64,000 bases of DNA. Source: a virus. The stretch covers positions 63,506 to 127,505 of the IMG/VR virus record IMGVR_UViG_3300037499_000265. One strand, written 5' to 3'. This document shows, in pieces, positions 27,383 to 36,122 of this stretch. The translations under genes and the position numbers were made by a program. Every line of letters begins with the position of its first letter. Position 1 is the first letter of the stretch. The notes under the pieces were generated by a model that did not search any database, was not told the DNA's origin, and worked only from the letters and a program-made list of their open reading frames with translations.

Positions 27383-27880
27383 TCATGATCGCACACCTTC
27401 AGCGTGTAGCCACTCGATGAAGTATTTGTTGAACAGCACCTTCGGGTGCCGCTTCTGCCGGATCAGGTCGATCGCGGCGTCGGTAGTGAGACCCTGGTGG
27501 ATGAGTGTCAGGGCCGTGATCAGACCAGATCGGTTCATACCGGCCTGGCAGTGGACCAGCGTCTTTCCCCGGGTAGTGCGCCAGTTGACTGCGGCGGCGA
27601 TGGAGTGGAGCGTTTCCGCGGCCGGCACGTTGGCCGAGTCGTACATCTCGAACTCGAGCCTCTCCTGCCCGGCGCCCATGTCGTACTTCTCCCACGGGTA
27701 CAGCGACACGACGTACCGGAAGTCCTCCGGCAGCTGCAGACCGTTACGGCACCCGCCCATCCACAGGTTCTCCGTGATCTGCGAAATGAGCGGCACGTTG
27801 ATCAGCAGGGCAGGTTGTGTTCCGTTCGAGAACGACGAGTCGATGTAGAACTGACTCCACTCGTCGTATACGCCGGTCAA
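27383..27880 (-). CDS. Dual-specificity / PTP-family phosphatase
   Basis: ITENLWMGG and the CX5R active site LVHCQAGMNRSG; TTG start overlapping the upstream TGA. Confidence 0.88.
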   Translation of the reverse strand: MTGVYDEWSQFYIDSSFSNGTQPALLINVPLISQITENLWMGGCRNGLQLPEDFRYVVSLYPWEKYDMGAGQERLEFEMYDSANVPAAETLHSIAAAVNWRTTRGKTLVHCQAGMNRSGLITALTLIHQGLTTDAAIDLIRQKRHPKVLFNKYFIEWLHAEGVRS

Positions 27881-28665
27881 TCTAACGCTCTTCGAACGAC
27901 ACTCTTGCGACCGACCGCGAACACGGCCTCGCCCTGAGCGATCAGCAGCCTGTCCAGATCACGCAAGGTGATTTTCGCGTCGCCTCGATCGCCCCAGCCC
28001 ACCCCCCAGGAGTTGCGAAGTACTACGTACGAGGCGTCCAGATCGACGTTGTCCCACTCCCTCGGCGCCCGCTCGTCCAGCGCGTCTAGCCAGGACAACT
28101 GGACCGACCGAGCCAGGATGGCGTGTCCGCCGACGACCGAACCGGTTGGACGGACCCAGGCATTGACTGGGGTGTACATACCTCTATGCCAGTTGATGCC
28201 GAGCACCGCCGGACCGTTGCGGCCCAGACCGTGCACCAGATCTTGTAGTCCGAACGCCCAGCGGTACTCGCGGAAATAGCCGAGCCGCTGAGCGACCTTC
28301 ATGCCGGCCAGTACCGAAGTGCCGTCGTAGCGAGGAGCCGCATCAGGATAGGAACCACCTGGCCACTCGTCTTCACGCTGGGCCTCCCAATAGATCCGCT
28401 CGAAGGCGAACCTCTCAGCCTGCTTCCGGTTCTCGAAGGCCACCGAGGCCGGTCGGGCATGTAGCTCGTTGACGATCGCGTGGCCGACACAACTGCCTTC
28501 GGTACCTTGGTCGATCCGCCAGACGCCCGGAATCGACCAGGTGTATGAACGCAGCGTCAACGAAGCGAACATGGTGCGGATCGGGAAGTCTTTCGAGGCC
28601 TCGTCGAACGAGACCAGCCGGTTCAGCCGTGGATCGTTGACCTCGGTGCCGTCGCGAAGCCTCAT
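27877..28665 (-). CDS. Papain-like cysteine peptidase (C1 family)
   Basis: DQGTEGSCVGHA (Gln/Cys), GGHAIL (His), LRNSWGVGWG (Asn). Confidence 0.9.
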   Translation of the reverse strand: MRLRDGTEVNDPRLNRLVSFDEASKDFPIRTMFASLTLRSYTWSIPGVWRIDQGTEGSCVGHAIVNELHARPASVAFENRKQAERFAFERIYWEAQREDEWPGGSYPDAAPRYDGTSVLAGMKVAQRLGYFREYRWAFGLQDLVHGLGRNGPAVLGINWHRGMYTPVNAWVRPTGSVVGGHAILARSVQLSWLDALDERAPREWDNVDLDASYVVLRNSWGVGWGDRGDAKITLRDLDRLLIAQGEAVFAVGRKSVVRRALD

Positions 28666-29420
28666 CAGAATCTAGCCATCTGGACCATGCGCACCGGAGG
28701 CGACCACGGACGCCAGTTCGCCAGCCGGTTGCCACAGGTCGAGCAGCCACCGGTCGGGGAGTAGGTGTGCTCCTCGCCGTCCTCGGTGGTGAACATGTCA
28801 GTCCTGGACTCGGTGTCACGAGAACGCTCGGTCACCCGGCGCGGCGGCCCGGAAATCATGACCGGACCGCCGGACGAATTGACCCACCAGACCGCGGCCA
28901 GTGTGCCTTCCTCGCCGGGCACGCCGATGAGCATCAACCGGCACTTCTTGACCCCGTCGACAGTCACCGGGAAGGTGTTCACGTGCATTCGCACCCGGTC
29001 GTCGTCGCCGACCAGATCGTCGAGAGTGAGTGACTCGAGCCGACGAGGAGCCGGCGGAGATTTGACCTCGGTGACAGTGGCGGTGAACCTGCCTCCAGAG
29101 ACCGTAGAACCGACACCGGAGTCGATCACAGAGCCGGGGTACTCCTCGACCAGGTTCTGCTTGTAAGACTCGGGAACCTCTGGCTCCTTAGTCGGTTGCA
29201 TGGCCTCGTCATGAGCCCGCATGGCTTCGACCGACTCGTCGGGCTCAGGCACCTTCTCAAGCTCGGGTGGTGTGTAGGCCTGCCCGGTCTCCCAGGCCTC
29301 GAGCAGACCGACCAGCTGGGTCTTCTTGCGCGCGTCGATGTCCGAGGTATCGACCTCGTTGGCCTTGGCGAACGTACGCAGTTCGGACGGGCTCATCGCC
29401 TGAAAATCGGTTCTACTCAC
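28665..29420 (-). CDS. Protein with an N-terminal Rho-N/HeH-like helical domain
   Basis: GTG start after AAAGGAG; MSPSELRTFAKANEVD...KKTQLVGLL; C-terminal CSTCG. Confidence 0.6.
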   Translation of the reverse strand: MSRTDFQAMSPSELRTFAKANEVDTSDIDARKKTQLVGLLEAWETGQAYTPPELEKVPEPDESVEAMRAHDEAMQPTKEPEVPESYKQNLVEEYPGSVIDSGVGSTVSGGRFTATVTEVKSPPAPRRLESLTLDDLVGDDDRVRMHVNTFPVTVDGVKKCRLMLIGVPGEEGTLAAVWWVNSSGGPVMISGPPRRVTERSRDTESRTDMFTTEDGEEHTYSPTGGCSTCGNRLANWRPWSPPVRMVQMARF

Positions 29421-29611
29421 TGGGGCTCCTTTACAATCTCGACAGGCAGCCGGGTATATGCCGCCGCCCATTCTCTCGCGTCGTCGATGCACGCCTGGCG
29501 GTCGCACACCCAGACACTCGCGTGTGGCCCGTCATGCGGGTCTCCTGCTGTGACGCGTGTCGCGTGACGTGCGTGACGGCACTTCGGGTCGGGAAGCTCG
29601 TACCGACTCAC
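29417..29611 (-). CDS. Hypothetical 64-aa protein
   Basis: GTGA-coupled with an AAGGAA RBS. Confidence 0.55.
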   Translation of the reverse strand: MSRYELPDPKCRHARHATRVTAGDPHDGPHASVWVCDRQACIDDAREWAAAYTRLPVEIVKEPQ

Positions 29612-29892
29612 TGGGGTTCCTTCAGTTCGTACTTGCGACGGAAGTAGTCGTCTTCAACCGGCCAGTGATCAGAGTAGTCACCGATCGACCTGACGATCCA
29701 GTGACCGACTGGGACCGGGACGAACTCCTGAGCGCCATCGGCACCGGCGAACAACTCGATCTCACTGACATCGTTGGAGTCGTCCCGCATCGTGCCTCGA
29801 AGAGTCGCACCGAAGGCGAGCACCTGTTCGAAGTTATCTCCACGCCACTGCACAGCTTCGATCTCGGACGGACGAGAGACGTAGGGGCTCAT
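29608..29892 (-). CDS. EAVQW-motif phage protein (paralog 1)
   Basis: SRPSEIEAVQW...VGHWIVR...FRRKYE. Confidence 0.7.
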   Translation of the reverse strand: MSPYVSRPSEIEAVQWRGDNFEQVLAFGATLRGTMRDDSNDVSEIELFAGADGAQEFVPVPVGHWIVRSIGDYSDHWPVEDDYFRRKYELKEPQ

Positions 29893-30188
29893 CGAGATCT
29901 CTTCACAGGCTCATAGGTGTCGGTGAAGATGTCATTTGGGTAGGGATAGAATGAATCCCGGATACCGTGGATGATCCAGTCACCCGGCCTAGCTCGATAA
30001 GTGTTCCTAAACGTGTCGATATGGATCTCAGGTGATCCCTCGTCGTGATACCTAGCTGTGCCACCGGAAGCGAGGATCCAATCGATGATCTCACTGGCGT
30101 TGGTGACCAGGTTTTCATCCTCGTTCGCCGGTCGCCACTGCACGGCCTCGACCGCGATCGGTCGTCTCAGATACTTCTCCGGAGTCAT
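29889..30188 (-). CDS. EAVQW-motif phage protein (paralog 2)
   Basis: Start at ATG 30188; RRPIAVEAVQW...RPGDWIIHG...FTDTYE. Confidence 0.7.
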   Translation of the reverse strand: MTPEKYLRRPIAVEAVQWRPANEDENLVTNASEIIDWILASGGTARYHDEGSPEIHIDTFRNTYRARPGDWIIHGIRDSFYPYPNDIFTDTYEPVKRSR

Positions 30189-31228
30189 CGACGTCCTCCC
30201 CAGGCGATTGGGTCCGCCTCGCGAATGACCTTCTCCGGTTCGGTGAAGAACCGCAGCTGGTCCTCGTTCGGGCGTAGTGGTTCGGGGTAGAAGTCGATGG
30301 CCGGCTCGTAGTGCTCCGGCCGCCAGATGTGAGGCATCGACGAGGTGTACAGCAGGTGCAACGGCACCGCGTACAGCGGAGACGCGTCCGGCGCGGCGTT
30401 GGACAGCTCGTGCACCCAGGCCTTCTCGTCGTTGATGACGGTGAACTCTCCCAGGCCCGCGGCGGCCAGCGTGTTCGGCTTGGGTTGTCGGACCGGGTCG
30501 AAGGTGAACATCGGCGCCTCGGGCTTGCGCAGGCGCAGGGTGTAGAAGCGGATGAACGATGCCGCCACCACCTGGACGATGGCGAACTGGCGGCGTGGAT
30601 CGTTGATCTGCTCGGCGGTCCGCGGGGTGGGCAGTGGCTTGGTCGGGAAGGACAGGAACGAGGTGTCCAGCTCGGCCGGCAGCGTGCCCCGCTCCTTGGC
30701 TCTGCGCATGCGCTCGGAGGCCGCTCGATGGGTGACGTTCCCGCAGGTGGCGATGCGCACGTACGGCACCCCCCGGCGCAGCAGCAGCGCGATGGTGACG
30801 TCCAGCAGGACGGAGTTCGGCGACGATCCTCCTGACTTGTCCCGGAAGATGTGCGCCCACATCGCCTGTAGCGGAGCGCACATCGAGGCAGGCACGTCGG
30901 CCAGGTCCTGGCGCATGTACAGGCCGTAGTCCGGCGGCGGTCGCATGTCGTACAGTTTCGGCGCGTCCGACGGCGACTTGGCCTGTGGATGGTTCGCGAC
31001 GATCTGGTACAGCCACTGCCGGGACACCTTCAGTTCCTCGGCCAGCCGGGTCATCTCCCAGCCGTGCTCACGGAGCAGGGTGATACGAGCGGCGAGATCG
31101 GATGTACGGCCCTGACGGCGAAGCCTGCGCAGGTACGGAGACTCGGAGGTATAGGCCCGCTCGATCCCGGCCGAGTCGTCGAGGGCGACTGGGGCTGTCG
31201 CAGCGCTCGTATTGTCAGGTTCTGTCAT
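30185..31228 (-). CDS. Helix-turn-helix DNA-binding protein
   Basis: GWEMTRLAEELKVSRQWLYQIV plus a second HTH-like GVPYVRIATCGNVTHRAASER. Confidence 0.65.
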   Translation of the reverse strand: MTEPDNTSAATAPVALDDSAGIERAYTSESPYLRRLRRQGRTSDLAARITLLREHGWEMTRLAEELKVSRQWLYQIVANHPQAKSPSDAPKLYDMRPPPDYGLYMRQDLADVPASMCAPLQAMWAHIFRDKSGGSSPNSVLLDVTIALLLRRGVPYVRIATCGNVTHRAASERMRRAKERGTLPAELDTSFLSFPTKPLPTPRTAEQINDPRRQFAIVQVVAASFIRFYTLRLRKPEAPMFTFDPVRQPKPNTLAAAGLGEFTVINDEKAWVHELSNAAPDASPLYAVPLHLLYTSSMPHIWRPEHYEPAIDFYPEPLRPNEDQLRFFTEPEKVIREADPIAWGGRR

Positions 31229-31241
31229 GCGAACAACTGTA

Positions 31242-32861
31242 TCAGGAGGGAACGGATGTGTCACGCTGACGACGTCGCTGCTCCTCAGCCTTCCGAGCCA
31301 GCTGGCGGGCTCGACGCTGAGCCTTGGACTCCTTGCGGAAGGCGAAACGCACCTGGGGCTTGAAGGCGTTGGTAGTCGCGTTGCTGCCTGTCATCGAGCG
31401 GTCCGCGGTCCTGATACTCGTCATCCGTCGCAGCGGCGCCCCGGCAGCCCGTCCCAGCCGGATCCGCCCGCCCATGCCGGACGGCGGGTTGATCAGGGCC
31501 GCGGACAGTCCGATCACGCCGGCGTCCAAGCGGTCCGGAGAGTAGTTCGACTCGTCCGGCACCCATGAGGTGAGCTGGGACTCGTACTCGCCGAAGTAGT
31601 CCAAATGGGATACTTTGCCTCGCTCGTACGCGAGGACCACTGGCTCTGCACGGACCTGCTTGGACTCGGCCGAGCGAGCCAGCACCACCGGCACTTCTGG
31701 ATCCTCGGCCTTGATGATCATCCGTACCAGTTCACCGCCCTGGTTGTCCTCGGCGACGACGTAGGCCCGGTACTGCCGAGCCAGCGTGGCCACCCGCTTG
31801 GCCCAGACACCGGGCGAGCCGTGGACAGACTCGTCGGCGACGACGAAGGCCTTGCGCAGGTTCGGGTTGCGCTCGGCGGTGGCGCAGACCACCACGATGC
31901 CGCATTCGTCGCGTGGCTTCTCGGCCACCGACGGGTCCACTCCGATGATGCGGGTCGGCATGGTGAGCGGCTGGAAGCTGTCGCGTTCGGGAACGCGACG
32001 GATCTGGGCCATCTTCAGCAGCGCGCCCTCGATGTCGCCGAGCAGCTCGCCCTCGAGTTCCTGCTTGGCGAGCGATGTGCCCTCGTACATCGCGACGATG
32101 GTCTCGTGGTAGATCTGCGCCAGATGACGGTTCGCTGCGGTCGAGCCTCGAATGACGTTGTACTTGCTAGGGTCGAGGTGAGTGCCGTTGAGGATCTCGA
32201 TGACCATCGGTACTCGCCGCGGCGTGGTGGCCATGAAGATCTGAGGATGGTCGCCCAGACGAGTGGCCAGTTTCAAGTTGTCCCAGGCGTTCGCGATACT
32301 GCCCGCCGGTGGGCGGTGCGGCCAGGCAGCTCCCTCGTCCGCGATCGCCCAGTCGAATTGTGGGCCTCTGAGCATATCGGGTACGGAAGCTGTGAATGTG
32401 TGGGCAACTGTCCCATTCGGCCAGGTCACCTCACGGTTGTTCGGAACGTACTTCGGGCGCTCGTTCGGGTGACATGTGTTTAATATGCCCGAATCGCCTT
32501 TGACCATTGTCTGACGGACGTCATTGGTGGTACGAGCGACCAGCGCGCCTCGAGAGCCGGGATACGCCTTGGCCAACTTGTGAGCTATTTCGGAAATTGT
32601 TCTAGTTTTTCCAGCCCCGCGTCCGGCCAGAATGGCGGTGATATGAGCATCGGAGTCGTAAGCGTGAAGTTGAGATGGCCGGCCCCAGAACCTGAAGTCG
32701 TACAACAGTTCCTCGGTGTCGAACTCGCCGTCATCGGACTCGAGGGCCTGCTCTCGGACATCTGGTGGTAGAGCAGCCAGGCGATCGGCGATGGCGAGAT
32801 CTTGTTCCGGTGGGAACCATCTGCCCGCCGACGGCGGCGCGAGTAGCTGGGGAAGAGCCAT
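31242..32861 (-). CDS. terL: Terminase large subunit
   Basis: Walker A AGRGAGKT, LRGPQFDWAIADE (Walker B), ATTP coupling motif, and nuclease IIGVDPS...AEDNQGG...SPDRLDA. Confidence 0.95.
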   Translation of the reverse strand: MALPQLLAPPSAGRWFPPEQDLAIADRLAALPPDVREQALESDDGEFDTEELLYDFRFWGRPSQLHAYDSDAHITAILAGRGAGKTRTISEIAHKLAKAYPGSRGALVARTTNDVRQTMVKGDSGILNTCHPNERPKYVPNNREVTWPNGTVAHTFTASVPDMLRGPQFDWAIADEGAAWPHRPPAGSIANAWDNLKLATRLGDHPQIFMATTPRRVPMVIEILNGTHLDPSKYNVIRGSTAANRHLAQIYHETIVAMYEGTSLAKQELEGELLGDIEGALLKMAQIRRVPERDSFQPLTMPTRIIGVDPSVAEKPRDECGIVVVCATAERNPNLRKAFVVADESVHGSPGVWAKRVATLARQYRAYVVAEDNQGGELVRMIIKAEDPEVPVVLARSAESKQVRAEPVVLAYERGKVSHLDYFGEYESQLTSWVPDESNYSPDRLDAGVIGLSAALINPPSGMGGRIRLGRAAGAPLRRMTSIRTADRSMTGSNATTNAFKPQVRFAFRKESKAQRRARQLARKAEEQRRRQRDTSVPS

Positions 32862-32998
32862 CAGCTGTCCTGAGCGTCTGACGAGTCAGGGGCGAGGGCG
32901 CAGGACTCGAGTATGTAGATAGCCGTGTCCAGCCGTACGAGCGGATCTGACGATCTGAGCGAGTCGAGGACGATGTCGACCGCTTCAGTCAGACTCAT
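32861..32998 (-). CDS. 45-aa protein between TerS and TerL (missing from the track)
   Basis: MSLTEAVDIVLDSLRSSDPLVRLDTAIYILESC...; its start and stop overlap the neighbouring stop and start. Confidence 0.55.
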   Translation of the reverse strand: MSLTEAVDIVLDSLRSSDPLVRLDTAIYILESCALAPDSSDAQDS

Positions 32999-34044
32999 GA
33001 TGTTCTCGCCTCCTCGACAGTCTCGGCGTCGACGATCTCCTCTGGCGGAGTGGAATCGTCGTCATCGTCGGTAGTAGCTGAGTCGTCAGTATGACCGTTC
33101 GATGATGAATTGTCGTCGTTCACGCGTTCGATCGTCGGGGTCTCGCCAGCGAGACGAGCCAGGCGATCGGCGATGATCTGAGCCGGAGTGCGGTCGCCCT
33201 GCGGAGTGGAGACCACCGAGATCTCGATGCCGGGTGCGAATCCGGTGCGATCCAGGATCGCCTCGGATGCCTTCAAACGGACCATGTCGTTGGTCGAGTT
33301 CAGCAGGCTGACCAGGTTGTCCACGGCCCTCTCGCCGGCGGCGAGCAACTTCTCCTTGGTGATCTGATGCAGGTTGCGGAGCTCCTCGGCGGTGTATATC
33401 CGCCCGCCGTGGGCGGTGCACACGTCCTGGCCGGGCACGGTGAAGTTGATGCAACGGAGTCCATTGTCGCGGAGCTTGTTGCAGCGGCTGCGGACGATCA
33501 GGTGAGGGGCACTGGACTCGGTCAGGGCGACGTCGTTGCCATTGCTGTCGGTGACGTTCGGGATGAGCGCGTCGCGACCGGCCCGGGAGCCAGGGAGGGC
33601 CCTGGTCAGGTTCCGCTCTCGCAGCGCGTCGTCGACGGCGCCTCCGACCGCTCGAGCGCCGTGGCCCTCGGTGAGGTCGGACTCCCGGGTCTTGCGCTGC
33701 AGGACCAGTTCGGCGACCGCCGGGGCGTCGTCGTAGTAGAGGTCCACCATGGTCCTGGCCAGATCGAGATGCTTCGCGGTGACCGATGAGCGGCCGGCGG
33801 CGTAAGACAGCCGGACGTCCTCGAGAACCAGGTGTGGATTGAGGTCGAACCGATTTATCCACATGCCGTCCGGACCGCCGGAGAGCACCAGGTGCGCCAG
33901 ATCCCAGTACTTGTGCTCGGTGTCGTCGTGCAGCAACTGGAGCCAGTGCAGGAACGGCATGCGCTCGGTCGAGACGTGTTCGAAGGAGACAGCGTCGTCG
34001 AAGACATCGACTCCTGCGTCGGACGAAGACTCTGACCTGCTCAT
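32995..34044 (-). CDS. Terminase small subunit-like protein
   Basis: Start re-called at ATG 34044. Contains RC...RC....GQDVCTAHGG and AVDNLVSLL...VRLKASEAILDRTG; lies upstream of terL. Confidence 0.7.
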   Translation of the reverse strand: MSRSESSSDAGVDVFDDAVSFEHVSTERMPFLHWLQLLHDDTEHKYWDLAHLVLSGGPDGMWINRFDLNPHLVLEDVRLSYAAGRSSVTAKHLDLARTMVDLYYDDAPAVAELVLQRKTRESDLTEGHGARAVGGAVDDALRERNLTRALPGSRAGRDALIPNVTDSNGNDVALTESSAPHLIVRSRCNKLRDNGLRCINFTVPGQDVCTAHGGRIYTAEELRNLHQITKEKLLAAGERAVDNLVSLLNSTNDMVRLKASEAILDRTGFAPGIEISVVSTPQGDRTPAQIIADRLARLAGETPTIERVNDDNSSSNGHTDDSATTDDDDDSTPPEEIVDAETVEEARTS

Positions 34045-34613
34045 CGTCCGCTCGCAGGGGTCAAGTTGACCGCGTAGGCCGAGGCCAGAGCGGGATCGAC
34101 GACGGCCGCAGCGGAGATCAACTGTTCGGACAGCCAGGGCAGGACGGGCGGCTGCTCGGGAGCCAGCGCTTGGCCATGTGTGCGTCTCCTCTCGGACAGC
34201 ACTTCGATCAGGGCGGCGGCGTCGGAGCAGACCGCGGCGAAGTGTTTGGTGACTTCGAACCGGTGCGTGGTGAGAAAGTCCGCTCCGCCGCCGGGGAGCG
34301 CGGCGGGGCGGGCCGGGGCGCACACCGGGCACGGAATCTTCTCGGCGAGAGCGTCCGGTTCGATTGTCGTGGACATCTCATGGCCGAACGGGAGCCGGTG
34401 CCGGACCTCCGGGCACTGGTCCTGGTGATAGACCCTCGAAAAACCGACCCGGGAGAAGACATAGTTCGCGTGCGCGTTCGGCGGCAGCGCGTACAGACGG
34501 AGTTCGGCCCATCGGGCGGCGTGTGCACGTTGGGACGAGGCGCGAGCGAGAAGGGCGCCGTCGAAGTCGTAGCGACGACGCTTGTTCCAGACGGACGAGG
34601 CGACGTACTCCAT
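34041..34613 (-). CDS. Hypothetical protein with His/Cys zinc-like motifs
   Basis: Start re-called at ATG 34613 (MEYVASS); YHQDQC...CPVC. Confidence 0.6.
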   Translation of the reverse strand: MEYVASSVWNKRRRYDFDGALLARASSQRAHAARWAELRLYALPPNAHANYVFSRVGFSRVYHQDQCPEVRHRLPFGHEMSTTIEPDALAEKIPCPVCAPARPAALPGGGADFLTTHRFEVTKHFAAVCSDAAALIEVLSERRRTHGQALAPEQPPVLPWLSEQLISAAAVVDPALASAYAVNLTPASGR

Positions 34614-34802
34614 AGCGAAACCTAACGTCAACGAGGGTTGAGCTTGCAAGCAAGGGTAACGGACGATGACGGCGATGACGAGCCGTACAGGGCAGTAACG
34701 GACAAAACGGTAGTTATTACAGAACACGTACGACGCGCAGAATTGACGAGATCGTCAGTGATTTCGCTGTCGCACGACGCGTGGAATCGTCAGAATCGTT
34801 GA

Positions 34803-34870
34803 CGATCTTGCCGTCACACGATCGGGCAGAATTGGCAGAATCGTTTTCGATCTTGCCGTCACACGATCGG
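34803..34870. repeat. Two exact 23-bp direct repeats CGATCTTGCCGTCACACGATCGG in the divergent non-coding region
   Basis: Copies at 34803-34825 and 34848-34870, with a degenerate third copy upstream. Confidence 0.85.
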
Positions 34871-35045
34871 AGACCGGAACCCCCTCCCCGCATGGCCGCG
34901 GGCCGGCCAAGATCATTTCTACCGGTACCCGGGGGGGTATCCGGATAGAGCTGCCGGGCGAGGCTGCCGCACTCGATCAATGAGCTCGTACACTCATGCG
35001 ATTATAACGATCAGATAACGATGACTGATGATCATGACCAAACCA

Positions 35046-35073
35046 TTGACATGGTCACTAAATGCGATACGCT
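35046..35073 (+). promoter_or_regulatory. Early promoter TTGACA-N16-TACGCT
   Basis: First promoter of the rightward region, followed by an ANGTR hairpin and an RBS. Confidence 0.65.
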
Positions 35074-35115
35074 CAAAGAGCGCTCGGACGTACCGAGCAA
35101 GGAAGGATCACTGAG

Positions 35116-35325
35116 ATGCCACGCACCTACTCGCACACGTTGCGCACACTCACCCTGGCCAGTGCCGTAGTGCTCGCCCTCTTGCTCACCGCGTGCCTAG
35201 TCGGACACGCGGGCAAGCCGAGTGCTGAGCCGAGTGACCAGACCGTGCCCTACTGCCCTACTGAGGACTCCTGCCGTCCGGTGTGGGCGCATGGTGAGTG
35301 GACCATCGTAGAGACATCAGAGTGA
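35116..35325 (+). CDS. Small predicted lipoprotein
   Basis: Signal peptide ending in the lipobox LLLTAC. Confidence 0.6.
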   Translation: MPRTYSHTLRTLTLASAVVLALLLTACLVGHAGKPSAEPSDQTVPYCPTEDSCRPVWAHGEWTIVETSE

Positions 35326-35331
35326 GGCACG

Positions 35332-35396
35332 GCCTAGGACGGTACAGCCGTACGCGCGTCATAGCGCACCTAGGCACTCGGTCGGAGGTACCGACC
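35332..35396 (+). repeat. Intergenic three-stem element, copy 1, plus downstream pentaloop hairpin
   Basis: GCCTAGG...GTACGCGCGTCATAGCGCACCTAGGCAC. Confidence 0.8.
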
Positions 35397-35419
35397 TAGA
35401 CAGGGAAGGATCTACCGTC

Positions 35420-35920
35420 ATGACTGACACGACACCCATCGTAGGCACCCTAGACCTCGCCCCTGGCGACGTCGTACAACGCGTAGGTAGCATGTCACTA
35501 CTCCGCGTGACAGAGATACGTGAGCCATCGCACGCACTCGCACACGGGCTGGTCGTGGTCGGTCACCTGTACAGGTCTGGACTCATGTACTGGTCACCCC
35601 GCGAGCACATCGTGCACGACTGGACCGTATCCGAGCAATGGTACGTCTGGCAGGCAGAGGATGTGCCCGTGGCCAACGTCCTGGACAACGGCGAGGGATG
35701 GTCCGTCGTGAGCACAGAGGACGGCGTGATCACGGTCAATCAACACATGATCGAGAGTGACTACTCTCGATTCTGGCGAGTCTGGCCGCTGAGCTATCAA
35801 CTCAGCGATGCCCTCGCACGCCGCTACCTGCCCGGTGCACGGCTGGTCAGCTCTACCGGCTACGGCGTGACCAGTGCTACCCGTGACCGCCGCGTCTACC
35901 GCGTGCCAAGCGAGGTCTGA
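35420..35920 (+). CDS. Hypothetical early protein
   Basis: GGAAGGA RBS; 166-aa ORF. Confidence 0.65.
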   Translation: MTDTTPIVGTLDLAPGDVVQRVGSMSLLRVTEIREPSHALAHGLVVVGHLYRSGLMYWSPREHIVHDWTVSEQWYVWQAEDVPVANVLDNGEGWSVVSTEDGVITVNQHMIESDYSRFWRVWPLSYQLSDALARRYLPGARLVSSTGYGVTSATRDRRVYRVPSEV

Positions 35921-35921
35921 C

Positions 35922-36011
35922 ATGTACCGTCAAGCCGTCGCGCTCATGATCGGCATGATCCTAGGATCAGCCATCCTGATTACCGCCGTATGGCTCACGT
36001 GGCCACGCTAG
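35922..36011 (+). CDS. 29-aa single-TM peptide (missing from the track)
   Basis: MYRQAVALMIGMILGSAILITAVWLTWPR. Confidence 0.5.
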   Translation: MYRQAVALMIGMILGSAILITAVWLTWPR

Positions 36012-36023
36012 ATATCCAGTCAT

Positions 36024-36064
36024 CGCTACGGTACGGGTGACGCTATCGACCCCGTACCGTAGCG
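36024..36064. terminator. 14-bp hairpin with no U-tract (terminator or processing site)
   Basis: CGCTACGGTACGGG / CCCGTACCGTAGCG. Confidence 0.5.
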
Positions 36065-36122
36065 GTTATCGGGTTATCTAGTTCGGATGTACCGAACTAC
36101 CCGGATAGGAAAGGATCACATC

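Noticed and set aside
34045-34332. N-terminal extension of the TerS ORF in the track (32995..34332)
   Set aside because: It overlaps the coding region of 34041-34613 and translates as low-complexity Arg/Pro text. The ATG at 34044 coupled to the upstream stop is the better start.
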